In this document: positions 10,515-20,400 of the stretch, piece by piece
Layout: every line of letters begins with the position of its first letter
Position numbering within the stretch: position 1 is the stretch's first letter
Assembly (NCBI RefSeq): GCF_004010195.1
Contig: NC_057719.1
Span: 61,542,379 to 61,564,440 of the forward strand
Reading direction: 5' to 3'
Origin: Chiloscyllium plagiosum
Lineage: Eukaryota
DNA: 22,062 bases
The notes under the pieces: generated by a model
Database searches by the model: none
Seen by the model: the letters and a program-made list of their open reading frames with translations, nothing else
Told to the model about the DNA's origin: nothing
Position numbers and translations under genes: made by a program

Positions 10515-10723
10515 TTGCAGTATAGAATAGAATAACAGTTTCTAGAGGACCAATTTCCGCCTGTCTGCCAAGTCTATATGATTTACCTTGCCATGAAGAT
10601 AGGAAGTGTCCATAGAAATTACTGTAGTACTGGTTTACAAGATTTTCTAAGATTATCACTGAACCTGATTGTAAGAGGTCAATCTGCTGAAGCAGAACAG
10701 CAGAGGGACAGAAGAATCCTGCA
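10515..10723 (-). pseudogene. RGS22-like exon with open frame and canonical splice sites
   Basis: Acceptor ttttccctgcttttag (AG at 10725-10724), donor gtaagt (10514-10509). Reads AGFFCPSAVLLQQIDLLQSGSVIILENLVNQYYSNFYGHFLSSWQGKSYRLGRQAEIGPLETVILFYTA. Confidence 0.55.
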
Positions 10724-11783
10724 CTAAAAGCAGGGAAAATGCTGTCTTTATTATTTTTCACTATTCAAAAGGCAGGTGAGAGCTTGTGCTCAGATAAAGA
10801 GACCAGGTTCATGAGAATTAAACACGGCTGGCAGATTTACCTATTTTTGTCCAGAAAGAGGAATTGTGTAATTCTCACAATGCAAACCAATTCATAGGTT
10901 ATCTTCTTGGAAATGCTCTAAGTAAAGGAAATAGGCCATCAGGAACAGTAAACAGTTTTGGGCTGGTTGCAGAAAACACAAAAATGTCCAATTAAGGGAC
11001 AAAGTAAAAGATAATCATGTCCTACAATTGTTTAATCATGTTAAAAGTCACATTGGTAATTTTTTCTGAAGTTTAAAGTTAGGTTGCCCACAATGACCCT
11101 TTTTTTTAGTTTGCATTTTGTTGGTTTGTTACAATAAAATGTAATAAAATTTGAAATCTTGTCATTCCATCTTTTCAATCAATCAATCAGTGTAATTCAA
11201 ATATTCTTCGCAATGTTATCAACCTTTATGCGATTGCAAAACAGAGGCCATTCTTTGCCATCATATTATAAAGGACATCTACCCCAAAGTATCTATGATT
11301 GCTGTAATTAGAGAACAATTATCCAGAATCAAGTTTATAAGAAGCTGTGAAAGTGTCATATTCAGGCTGGCCCTCAAAGCATCAACTGAAATAATGCTAT
11401 CTGCTATTCTGAAGGTTATCATTGTTCGAAGCCCTGTCTGGAACATTACTCTCATAGATATCTCTGCTTTGTCAGTTTCTCCAGAGTTCCCTGAAGGTCA
11501 TGAGAAACATTTACAATCATGTTGAATCGAAGTGTAGAGGACCTCTCCATTGTCCAAACCATGTGCACGATAACCACTTTCCTAAAACATTGTTCTGTGG
11601 TTGACTTGAATTTTACATTTGCCAAGAAAGACTATTCCTCCATGTTTCCTGATAGATTGGTCCTCTCTTCCTCCTCATTCTCAGATCATCGCTTAATGCT
11701 AACATCATGAAAATACTTGTAAAACTTTAACTACTTCTTCCTGAGTGTGTGTTACTGGATTGTTACTGGGTTAGCGTCATTGA

Positions 11784-11903
11784 TCAAATGGTAGGAATTA
11801 TAGGTCTAAAAGTAGCAATTTGTGTGGCTCCTATAATATTTATGATCAACAAGGAGAATAGCCTCTTCCCCCAAGGTATCCCAAAAAAGAACTGTTTATA
11901 TAT
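11784..11903 (-). pseudogene. RGS22-like exon remnant
   Basis: Acceptor ctctgtgcacag then IYKQFFFGIPWGKRLFSLLIINI versus RFKKFIKGTLGERYWWLWMDI; runs into a stop at 11784. Confidence 0.45.
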
Positions 11904-11996
11904 CTGTGCACAGAGTGACATTTTCCATAACAAAACAGCAAACAAATGCAAGTACAATGCTAAATGTTCAGAAGCAGAAAAAACTGTCACCACATA

Positions 11997-13350
11997 CAGT
12001 CATAGAGCTGTACCCAGAGCCTAGAAACAGACCCTTCAGAGCTGAAAATGTGTTGCTGGAAAAGCGCAGCAGGTCAGGCAGCATCCAAGGAGCAGGAGAA
12101 TCGACGTTTCAGCCAAAGCCCTTCTACAGGAATGAGGAAAGTGTGTCCAGCAGGCTAAGATAAAAGGTAGGGAGGAGGGACTTGGGGGAGGGGCGTTGGA
12201 AATGCAATAGCTGGAAGGAGGTTAAGGTGAGGGTGATAGGCCGGAGTGGGGGTGGGGGACCCTTCAGTCCAACTTGTCCATGCCAACCAGATATCCTAAA
12301 TTAATCTAGTCCCATTTGCCATTACCCGGCCCATATCCCTATAAACCCTTCTTATTCATGTACTCGTCTTTTAAATCTTGTAATTTTACCAACATCCACC
12401 ACTTCCTCTGGCAGTTCATTCCACACATGCACCACCCTTTGCATGTAAATATTGCCCCCTAGGTCCCTTTTAAATCTTCCCCCTCTCACCTTGAACCCAC
12501 ACCTTTCAGTTCTGGACTCCCATGCCCTGGGGAAAAGACCTTGAGTATTCACCCTATCCATGTCCCTCATGATTTTATAAACTTCTATAAGGTCACCCCT
12601 CAGCCTCCAACACTCCAGGAAAAATAACCCCAGCCTATTCAGCCTCTCCCTATAGCTCAAGTCCTCCAACCCTGGCAACATCTTTATAAATCTTTTCTGA
12701 ATCCTTTCAAGTTTCACAATATCAGGGAGACCAGAATTGAACTCAATAGTGGCATAACCAATGTCCTGTACAGCTGCAACATGACCTCCCAACTCCTTTG
12801 CTCAATGCACTGATCAATAAAGGCAAGCATGGCAAATGCCTTCTTCACTATTCTGTCTCCCTGGGACTCCACTTTCAAGGAACTATGAACCTGCACTCCA
12901 CTATGAACCTGCACTCCAAGGTATCTTTGTTCAGCAACACTCCCCAGGACCTTACCATTAAGTGCATAAGTCCTGCCCTGTTTTACCATTCCAAAATACA
13001 ACACCTTGCATTTATCTAAATTAAACTCCATCTGCCACTTGTGGGTCCATTGGTCCCATTATACTCTTAGGTAACATTCTTGGCTGTCCACTACACCTTC
13101 AATTTTGATGTCATTTGCAAACTTACTAACCATGTCTATGTTCACATCCAAATCATTTATATAAATGACAAAAAGCAGTGAACCCAATAACAAACCTTAT
13201 GGCACACCACTGGTCACAGGCGTCCAATCTGAAAAGCATCCCGCCACCAGTTACTTGGTTACTTCTTCAAAAAACTCACTTTAAGTTAGTGATACATGAT
13301 TCTTCATGCACAAAGCCATGTTGACTATCCCTAATCAGTCCTTGACTGTC
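11997..13350 (-). mobile_element. CR1 LINE 3' fragment (RT C-terminus plus 3' UTR), frameshifted
   Basis: FANDIKI (degenerate FADD) at 13101-13121; MEFNLDKCKVLYFG, RYLGVQVH, LERIQKRFIKMLPGL, RLRGDLIEVYKIM, VWNELPEEVV; ctctatgact tail at about 11999-12008. Confidence 0.92.
12040..12257 (-). mobile_element. Family B PLE 3' fragment inserted in the CR1 3' UTR
   Basis: Perfect 10-bp TSD gacccttcag at 12030-12039 and 12258-12267. Degenerate HHR cctgtagaagggctttggctgaaacgtcga at about 12100-12130. Confidence 0.85.
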
Positions 13351-15126
13351 CTCCCAGTCCTGCTGGGCACAATCATAAGGCACAGAGGATGAACCATTTG
13401 GGGATGGACATTTCAGGGTATTCTAATTGAACTTTTAAACTTTGCAGTCATTCATTGAGATTCTGACTGACTGTATGAGCGATAGGAAGTCGTTTTACCA
13501 CAAGAGAATGAATAATTTGCCACTTTCCGCCAGGGTATGTGCCACTGTTTACTCAGTGCTTCATGACATGCCAAACAGGATCACCCGACAATGTAGGTTG
13601 GGAAAGGTGACCCAGCTGATAGGTTCTGAGACTGTAATAGCAAAACTTTAACCCACCACTGGGAAACTGAAATTTTACCCCCAGCCAATTAAGTTCCCCT
13701 ACCCAGTCTTCAACAAGCCTGGAAGATTCTGCCCCATATGTTGTTCCAACTGAGGTTGGAGAGTGCACTATATAGCAATTGATATACTTTCTCTAACTTG
13801 GGTTTAGAAATAACAAATCCATCAAAAAGTTTTCTTTAATAAACAACAAAAAAATTGATTTATTTTGAAAGACTTGTTCAACAAAGATGCAAAGCTAATT
13901 AACACCGATTGAAAAATGAAAGCATAAATATTTACTCTTCTAAATAATGCCACACACACACAAGTTAAAGAAAGAAATGAAAAAATGTCACCTGCATTCA
14001 TTAAATTGGGTCTGATGAGTTTTTTCAAGCCTTTACCAAGCTTTGCATCTCATCTCTTAACAGCTTCAAAACTTTCCACAGCCTATCCTGCTTGACTCCT
14101 ACTAACTTGCACAGCTTACTCTTCATGAAGACCCATGAGTTTTCAGTAATTATGAGCTTTGTTACATTTCATTGGCACAGATTTGCACAATGTTTTACTT
14201 CATATCGAGTGAACACCATGTTAAATAAATCTGAGTGGTATGTGTACTTCGTCCCCTCATGGGTGTATGCATCCATTGACAATGAAAACTAGATGTGTAT
14301 TTAAAAAAAGTAATTACCCTTCAAAATAGACAATTAAAGTGAGTTCAACAGCTAGTTCAATAAAAATAGGCCTCCATGATTTGAAATGCATCTCTTTCAC
14401 ATATGTCAATTTTCCTAACATTGATGACACAAAAAGAGAGAATGAAAGATAAAGAAATGAATTAATTTGTTGTCATTGGTACATAGGTAACTGGTAGCAG
14501 TGTCTTGTTTTATCTTGACCAACCATCTCAAATAAACTTCTTCCTGAATCATGTGGCAGTCTTGGGTGGCAAAGTTTGCATTGACTGTTTAATCCAGGCC
14601 CAGGTGATCCTCTTGTGGAATGTCTTCCTTCAGTCCTTGGGGGGGGGGGGTCATCTCCTTCTAGCTCTTGAGTCAGCAATAAAACATTCACAACAGCTGA
14701 AACTTGCTACTACTGCTACCAATGCTGCAACTTCTTCAGTGGTTCTTTCACTTGTCACTCCACTGCTTAAAACCTAAAGACCCCAACACCCAAACCTCTA
14801 CAGACTTTAAGTTAGCTAGATAGTTTGGTTTATTAATCATTGGGCAAGTGTTAATTTAGTACCATTGGTTTCTTTCACATCAGAGCCACTATCTGAATAG
14901 TAAATAAGTATTTCTAAAATGAAAGATAATGACTATCACATGGTGCTCTTTAAATGAGGAGATATTCACAACCTGTGCTTGTATGATTGTTGGTCGGCTA
15001 ATGTGCAATAATAAAAGATATTCCAGTAGCACAAATATGATTTCTTATGATCTATTATTGAAATATTTATTTTGAAAATCTACCCAACAATATGATCTAC
15101 TGTTCGCCAAGCTGGAAGTTTTTGTT

Positions 15127-15166
15127 GCAAATGTTTCGTCCCCTGGCTAGGCGACATCATCAGTGC
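15127..15166 (-). ncRNA. Minimal hammerhead motif, family C (core intact, ACGU->ACAU)
   Basis: GCA-CUGAUGA-U-GUCgCCU agcc AGGgGAC-GAAA-CA-UU/UGC. Confidence 0.8.
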
Positions 15167-15485
15167 TTGGGAGCCTCCTGCGAAGCGCTTCTTTGATGTT
15201 TCCTCCGGTGTTTATAGTGGTCTGTCCCTGCCGCTTCCGGTTGTCAGTTTCAGCTGTCCGCTGTAGTGGTTGGTATATTGGGTCCAGGTCGATTGTTTGT
15301 TGATGGAGTTTGTGGATGAATGCCATGCATCTAGGAATTCCCTGGCTGTTCTCTGTCTGGCTTGCCCTATGATAGTAGTGTTGTCCCAGTCGAATTCATG
15401 TTGTGTCTCTTCTGTCAGTCCATTGTTCCTGAGTGTGCATTCACCGGAGGAAACATCAAAGAAGTGCTTCGCAGGAGGCTCCCAA

Positions 15486-15525
15486 GCACTGATGATGTCG
15501 CCTAGCCAGGGGACGAAACGTTTGC
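15486..15525 (+). ncRNA. Intact minimal type I hammerhead ribozyme, family C
   Basis: GCA-CUGAUGA(15489-15495)-U-GUCgCCU agcc AGGgGAC-GAAA(15515-15518)-CG-UU/UGC. Stem I GCA:UGC, palindromic ACGU, predicted cleavage after 15522 (GUU). Confidence 0.85.
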
Positions 15526-15612
15526 AACAAAAACTTCCAGCTCGGCGAACAGAACCACAACAACGAGCACCCGAGCTACAAATCTTCGCACAAACGTTGA
15601 AATATGATCTAC

Positions 15613-15834
15613 CTTGTAGGAGTGAATTACTGCAGATGCTGAAATTCAAACTGAAAACAAAGCTGGAGATCATAGTGGGTCAGGCAGCATCCATGAAAAG
15701 AGAGCAAGCTAAAGTTTTGCATCTAGATGACTCTTCACCAGCTGTGAAGAGTCATCTAAACTCTAAATGTCAGCTTGCTTTCTCTCCATGGATGCTATCT
15801 GACCTGCTGTAATTGCCAGTATTTGTTTGTTTTC
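15613..15834. mobile_element. Palindromic short PLE-type element with degenerate head-to-head HHR motifs
   Basis: Inverted about cagctg 15739-15744 (tagatgactcttcac / gtgaagagtcatcta). Flanks aatatgatctac 15601-15612 and aatatgacttac 15835-15846. Confidence 0.75.
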
Positions 15835-16379
15835 AATATGACTTACTTTATTCTTCTGGTATTATTTTACATAAAGTGAAGCAAGGCTGATTCAGTAACA
15901 ATTCAAATGCTTTCGAAAAGCTAACTCTTCATTCTGCTAACTTTCATTTGGTCATTAAAGGTAGAGAATACCTCAAATTACTTTTAAAATGTGGGCTTTT
16001 CTCTCACCACTTTTTTTTATAATCCCGTGTCCAGCATGCTCTATTGAAGGTTATAGCTATATTTTAAAGATATTGCTATGATTCCCTTGGAGATCAACAA
16101 ACCAAAAGAACCAAACTTACCAAACAATACCAATGAGATTAACAATGGATAAGGTTTACTTTTATGACATACAATTTACAATAAAAACAAAATCAACACA
16201 ATTTAATAGGCAAATGGTGGCCAGTATAATCTTTAACTTGCACTAAATAGGAGGTGCAACATAAATAGTCCTCATGGTTTTGGTACCTCTATTGATACCA
16301 ATTTCAGCAACAAAGTCATTCATCACTATGATTATTCCAGTAGTTTTAACAAGATTTAGCCATTGATGCAACATCCACT

Positions 16380-16783
16380 AAACCAGAGTTCCAGGTTTCA
16401 AACTTCAACAAAATGGCGCACTTCTCCAGAACCTCTTCAGCTCTCCCCACAATGGTCTTGATGGCAATCTCTATCCAATTACCAGTGACAATCCTGTGCG
16501 CTGTTCAATTAGACTTGCTGAAATAATTATTCTTTCTAACCTCACTCATGGATTCAGTCTATGTGTTCTTATTTTAAATTAGCCCTTTTTCCTGATTCGT
16601 CATGTGCACCTGTTTTATGCTCCACCCCAGGTCAGTGGGCCCATTTCAACACCCATTATTTTTCTTTCCTGTACAGTTACACAAATCCTTGGCTTGCTGG
16701 TCTCTTACAGGGCCATGACATCTAAGCTTTGCAAGTGCAGGTCAATTCCAAAGTCCCAAGTACTTGTAGCAGTCTTCTGGCTG
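16380..16783 (-). pseudogene. RGS22-like exon remnants
   Basis: Acceptor ctgtgttttag then QKTATSTWDFGIDLHLQS (cf. EASYTQTKDWFALAKQS); HRIVTGNWIEIAIKTIVGRAEEV (cf. ILRGAIQQIVGK); multiple stops. Confidence 0.4.
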
Positions 16784-16806
16784 CTAAAACACAGATATAT
16801 TGCTAA

Positions 16807-17524
16807 TGTGGACAAACAGCAAGGGTTTCTGGGTACATTGGCCAAGTGAAACTCTGAAATTACAAAACCCAGACACCGAACACAATGCATAATGTAAAAG
16901 GTAATAGTTATTCTGAACAGACACTCCAACACTTTATCCACCAAACAAAAGAGAACCCAGACAGAAAGGCACCGGGGTCCTGTTCTGCAAAGAAACTAAC
17001 AGTAGCATGCCATTTAAGTGATTGATTCGTGTTTCGGACCATTAAGTGTATCTCCCTAATTGGCCAGAACTAATAAAATGTACCAGAACAGAGATAAAAA
17101 ACATTGGTTCACTTGCAAACTTCTCCCTCAGAACTGTTCCTGGAATCACTGGAATTATCTGAGGCCTTCTGAGGAGGCCAGCACAGCAAGAGTTAAAGGT
17201 CAGCTGACCATCCAGAGAGAGAGAGAGGAAGAAAGCAGCTTCAAACACCCAAAGACAGAGCCACAGGGAGAGTGACTGCATAAATCTACAAGAGACTCGG
17301 GAAGTATTGTAATCTTAAGAGGCCAAATAGGATTAGGAATAGTATGTTTAGTATTAAAGATTATTGTAATTTTGTTCCTAATGAAGTGGGACAGTTTTGT
17401 TTCGGTACCAGCACGTGTTTATATTGATCTGACAGCTTTGGTATTGTGAGACACCCGGGCAAGTTCATTCATAAGATTCTGGTCAGAGTTGTCTGAAATC
17501 TGTTTAAAGAGGAACAAAACAACA
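16807..17524 (+). mobile_element. Possible solo LTR
   Basis: TG...CA ends (tgtggac...aacaaca), about 720 bp, central gttaaaggtcagctgac plus (GA)n. No TSD found. Confidence 0.3.
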
Positions 17525-17959
17525 CATTGTATATGCACAGTGCCGAACTGGCAGTGTTACAGCTTCTCTACACCACAACAGGGGCTGAGGCATCGCAGGC
17601 TGATTTAGATGCTTGCTGCTGGTGTTCCTGTACTCTGCTGGCCACAGATTCCATTACAATATAAAATTATTTTCCATGGTTAATGTTAATGCATCTTGAA
17701 CAGTAACTCTTCAATTGCCGTTTAAGTGAAACAATGCTGTTCAGTAAAATATAAAGACATATATGGGTAAGCTAGGTGGCCTGTATGACTATAAATAATC
17801 ATGGAGCAACAGGAAAACAGGAATACCTATGCAAGTAAGTAAGTGACCTGGAGCAGACTGATCATGAGTTATTAATGTAAATTTTCAGTGATTGGCAACA
17901 AAAGCAAAAATAAGGGAGTTCACTAAATATTTCAATAAACCTGGTAAAGAACGAATGTT

Positions 17960-18291
17960 TAGATTTTTAAAGTTTGTTCATGTAGTCTAGCTCAGAACTT
18001 ATCTTAATTGTCCAAAGGGCTGTTAAGAGTCAACCATATTGCTGTGGGTCTAGAGTGACATGTAGGTAAGGATATAGCCCAGGTAAGAAGGGCACATTTT
18101 AGAGAACTAGATGGTTTTTTTTAGAACAACAAATATTAATTACAATGTTGCTGTTAGGCCACTTCTTTATTCCAGAATTCATTTAATTTAAATTTTACCA
18201 TTTGCCAATTTGGGATTCAAACCAATTTGCCAAGAACTTTGTCCTGGGTTCATGGATTGCTAGGCCGGTGACATTATTACCAAACTGCCAC
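17960..18291 (-). mobile_element. Decayed tRNA-derived SINE
   Basis: Minus strand A-box-like gtggcagtttggt at 18291 and B-box ggtttgaatccc at 18223-18212; about 330 bp; T-tract at the plus-strand left end. Confidence 0.6.
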
Positions 18292-18390
18292 TTTCCCTCT
18301 TGCAAACACTGAAAATATATGAATCATGGCATCTTTTTTGAGGAAAGTACATTTGGAGTTAGCATTTGGATGGTGCTACTCCCTTATCAA

Positions 18391-19010
18391 GGTTATGCTG
18401 TCCTTGTTTTTTTTCCAGAGAGGTTGTAAAAGACACAGACGCTGAAACGCCTGGCTTTTGATGGTTTTTTTAGGGTCAGTTTGATTATAACCAACAGATA
18501 CTGCCTCAGAAATAGGCTTTCAAGTTTAAAAAAAAAACACTTGTACAATTGAAAGTGGCCAGTTCTCCCAGCTCAGCTTTTCTCTGGTTTGGTTTGGTCT
18601 AGCTATTCACTAAAAGCGGTTGTAAAAGCTGCTGGAACCAAAGAAACAGGTCCAGGCTGATCCTCCTCTCTCTCTGACTTCTCTCCTGTAAGACCCTGTG
18701 TTTGATTTTACCTGTTGTGCCAAGGGGTGCTTATGGGGATTGTTGCAAATATTTGGAACAGCGTCATTAAGATGGAATGATCTGTTGTGTTTTCAGATAG
18801 GTTACATTATTCAGTATTCTGTTCTATTTTGTTTCTGTTTAATTCAGTAATCTTGTAAATAAATTCTGTTTTGTTTAAAACTAAGTGGTTTGATCAACTG
18901 CATCCCTCCCGGAATATTCGCATTATATCTGCTTGAAGCATCTAGCAAAGTTAGGGTCTGGGCTACTTTCTTGAAATGTTTTGAGGGCTTCTGGCCTGGT
19001 CCATATTACA
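18391..19010 (+). mobile_element. Probable solo LTR
   Basis: About 620 bp, AATAAA at 18858-18863, ends ...ggcctggtccatattaCA; resembles a common shark LTR by eye. 5' TG and TSD not evident. Confidence 0.45.
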
Positions 19011-19243
19011 GCTAAGATGTGTTGACAAAATAAAATGTTCTTGAAAGGTCCTGAAAACTGCCAATCATGTTAAATATGCCTTTGAAGGTGACAAATTAGG
19101 ATGTATTTAAGAAAAGGGAGTGTTTCACAGGCATCGGAGGATTAGAAAGAGAGAGAGAAATATATAAAACTTTGTTTTGTACACTCTACCATAAAGATTC
19201 TTATCGTTACCCAGGGCATCATTATAACCAATAAATGGAGTGA

Positions 19244-19400
19244 TAAAAACACACAGAAACTTCAGCTCTGAAGAAGGGTCAGTGGACTCGGAATGCTAAC
19301 TGTGTTCTCTCCATAGATGATATCAGACCTCCTGAGATTTTCCAGCAGTTTCTGTTTTTGTGTGTTTCAGATCTTGAGCTACTACAGTTCCTTGTTTTAT
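19244..19400 (+). mobile_element. Family D-like PLE-type short element with one degenerate HHR
   Basis: TSD aataaatggagtga 19230-19243 / aatagatggaatga 19401-19414. ctgaaga(19268-19274)-a-gggtc agtg gactc-ggaa-tg-ct/aac. Confidence 0.75.
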
Positions 19401-19849
19401 AATAGATGGAATGAGATTGATCATAATTGATTCTCCACTATATGGTAGCTGTTCAGTCTAACTAAGTTGCCTGAGAAGTAGTGCATTGCTTTTTTTAAAT
19501 TTCAAACATATGAGTGGATGTTAAGTGAACAGACGTAACAGCAGTATATCTGAAATTGCCCTTGATCTTTGTGGTCAACTTTGCAATATATTAACAGAAT
19601 TTGCAGTTCCATGCAGAATATGATTACTTTGCGGATGTAGGAGAAACATACAACCAACATCAGGCGCAGTATGAGAATCCCACACACACTATATATTACC
19701 ATTCACTGGAACAGGACACGCTGCTATTATTTTCTTCATATTTGTTTAACTATAAAATTTCATGTGTTACTGTCCATAGCACAAATCAGAATATGATTAC
19801 ACATCAAAATTAGATTGAAGTTACATTATTTGGTGTGCTCTACTGTAAC

Positions 19850-20400
19850 AACAGAATGTGTTGCCCTGATGTGAGCTGTTCATAGTTTCTTTGCATGGTA
19901 TTGCATTAAATGACCAAAGTAGCCTTGCCAATTCCATTAGCTCAGATTTCTTGTACAAAAACAATGTAAAATATCTGGAAATATTATGGGTTTTACAGTT
20001 CATTTGCTGTCACAGACTGGTTATAGCATTTCTCCCATCATTAGTTTCATATTACTTCTCTATTTTGAAACTTATTTTTTCAGATCTTTATAACCAAACT
20101 GAGCTCTTCAAAAGTTCAATTACTTGTTGTATGAATGTAAGTCTTGAAGCAAATGTTTAAAAGTTATAATTCCAAAATGATTTAGAAGAGAAAGAAATGT
20201 TTTGCCAGCATTTTAACAATTTGCCACATTTGAAATTATTTCTACTTCTATTCAATGATTGCTCAGATCTGGTGATACAAATGATTCTTCTCAAAGAATA
20301 AAGGATGGTCTGGTAGCACACCTGCCTCAGGAGAAAGGGTTGCAAAAAAGCATGATTCTCATTCCAAGGCAGGAAAGAAAAATACAAGATTGTATAGGAA
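19850..20400 (-). pseudogene. RGS22/RGSL1-like N-terminal exon remnants
   Basis: FLQPFLLRQVCYQTILYS (20348-20295) and RYFTLFLYKKSELMELARLL (19976-19917) versus FNEFLSLPTFSEAIRFN and RLPAFLESDCYFEYRLAKLV; weak individually. Confidence 0.35.

Larger units (their letters stand above)
15101..15600 (-). mobile_element. 5'-truncated Penelope-like element (family C) with GIY-YIG C-terminus and inverted pLTR arms
   Basis: Perfect 12-bp TSD aatatgatctac at 15089-15100 and 15601-15612. 110-bp inverted repeats 15101-15210 / 15442-15551 (3 mismatches). Minus-strand HEFDWDNTTIIGQARQRTAREFLDAWHSSTNSINK is typical of the PLE endonuclease end. Confidence 0.9.
3260..20400 (-). pseudogene. RGS22: Decayed RGS22-like (regulator of G-protein signalling 22 / RGSL1 family) gene relic
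   Basis: Collinear minus-strand motifs versus recalled human RGS22: FLQPFLLRQVCYQTILYS 20295-20348 (FNEFLSLPTF..); LARLL about 19917-19931 (LAKLV); AIKTIVGR 16442-16465 (AIQQIVGK); YKQFFFG..GKR from 11903 (FKKFIKGTLGER); SAVLLQQIDLL about 10670-10705 (SAEILSKFKLL); LRPQCCF 7444-7464 (LRPKSCI); GLDVELILQ*L from 5692 (GSDMENLLQSL); LCSTY and PPYDD 5158-5230 (LFATY, PPFED); VDLIC..IEWF 3630-3664 (MDLMCWTDIEQF); GTNSP 3260-3274 (GPNSP). Many stops, frameshifts and a TE inserted in coding sequence. Confidence 0.6.

Noticed and set aside
11300..11600. Zisupton/KDZ transposase similarity (FEGQPEYDTF)
   Set aside because: Only a few residues match, with no Cys clusters or supporting motifs.
12882..12917. 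18-bp tandem duplication actatgaacctgcactcc (GVQVHS twice)
   Set aside because: Real but a neutral slippage event in a dead CR1 copy.
13395..13735. Possible non-autonomous DNA transposon ending ggaagattctgcccc
   Set aside because: Left terminal repeat and TSD could not be matched convincingly.
15270..15812. 180-aa plus-strand ORF
   Set aside because: Antisense to the PLE endonuclease remnant and running through two separate insertions.
18212..18291. tRNA gene
   Set aside because: Only degenerate A/B boxes heading a SINE body; no cloverleaf.
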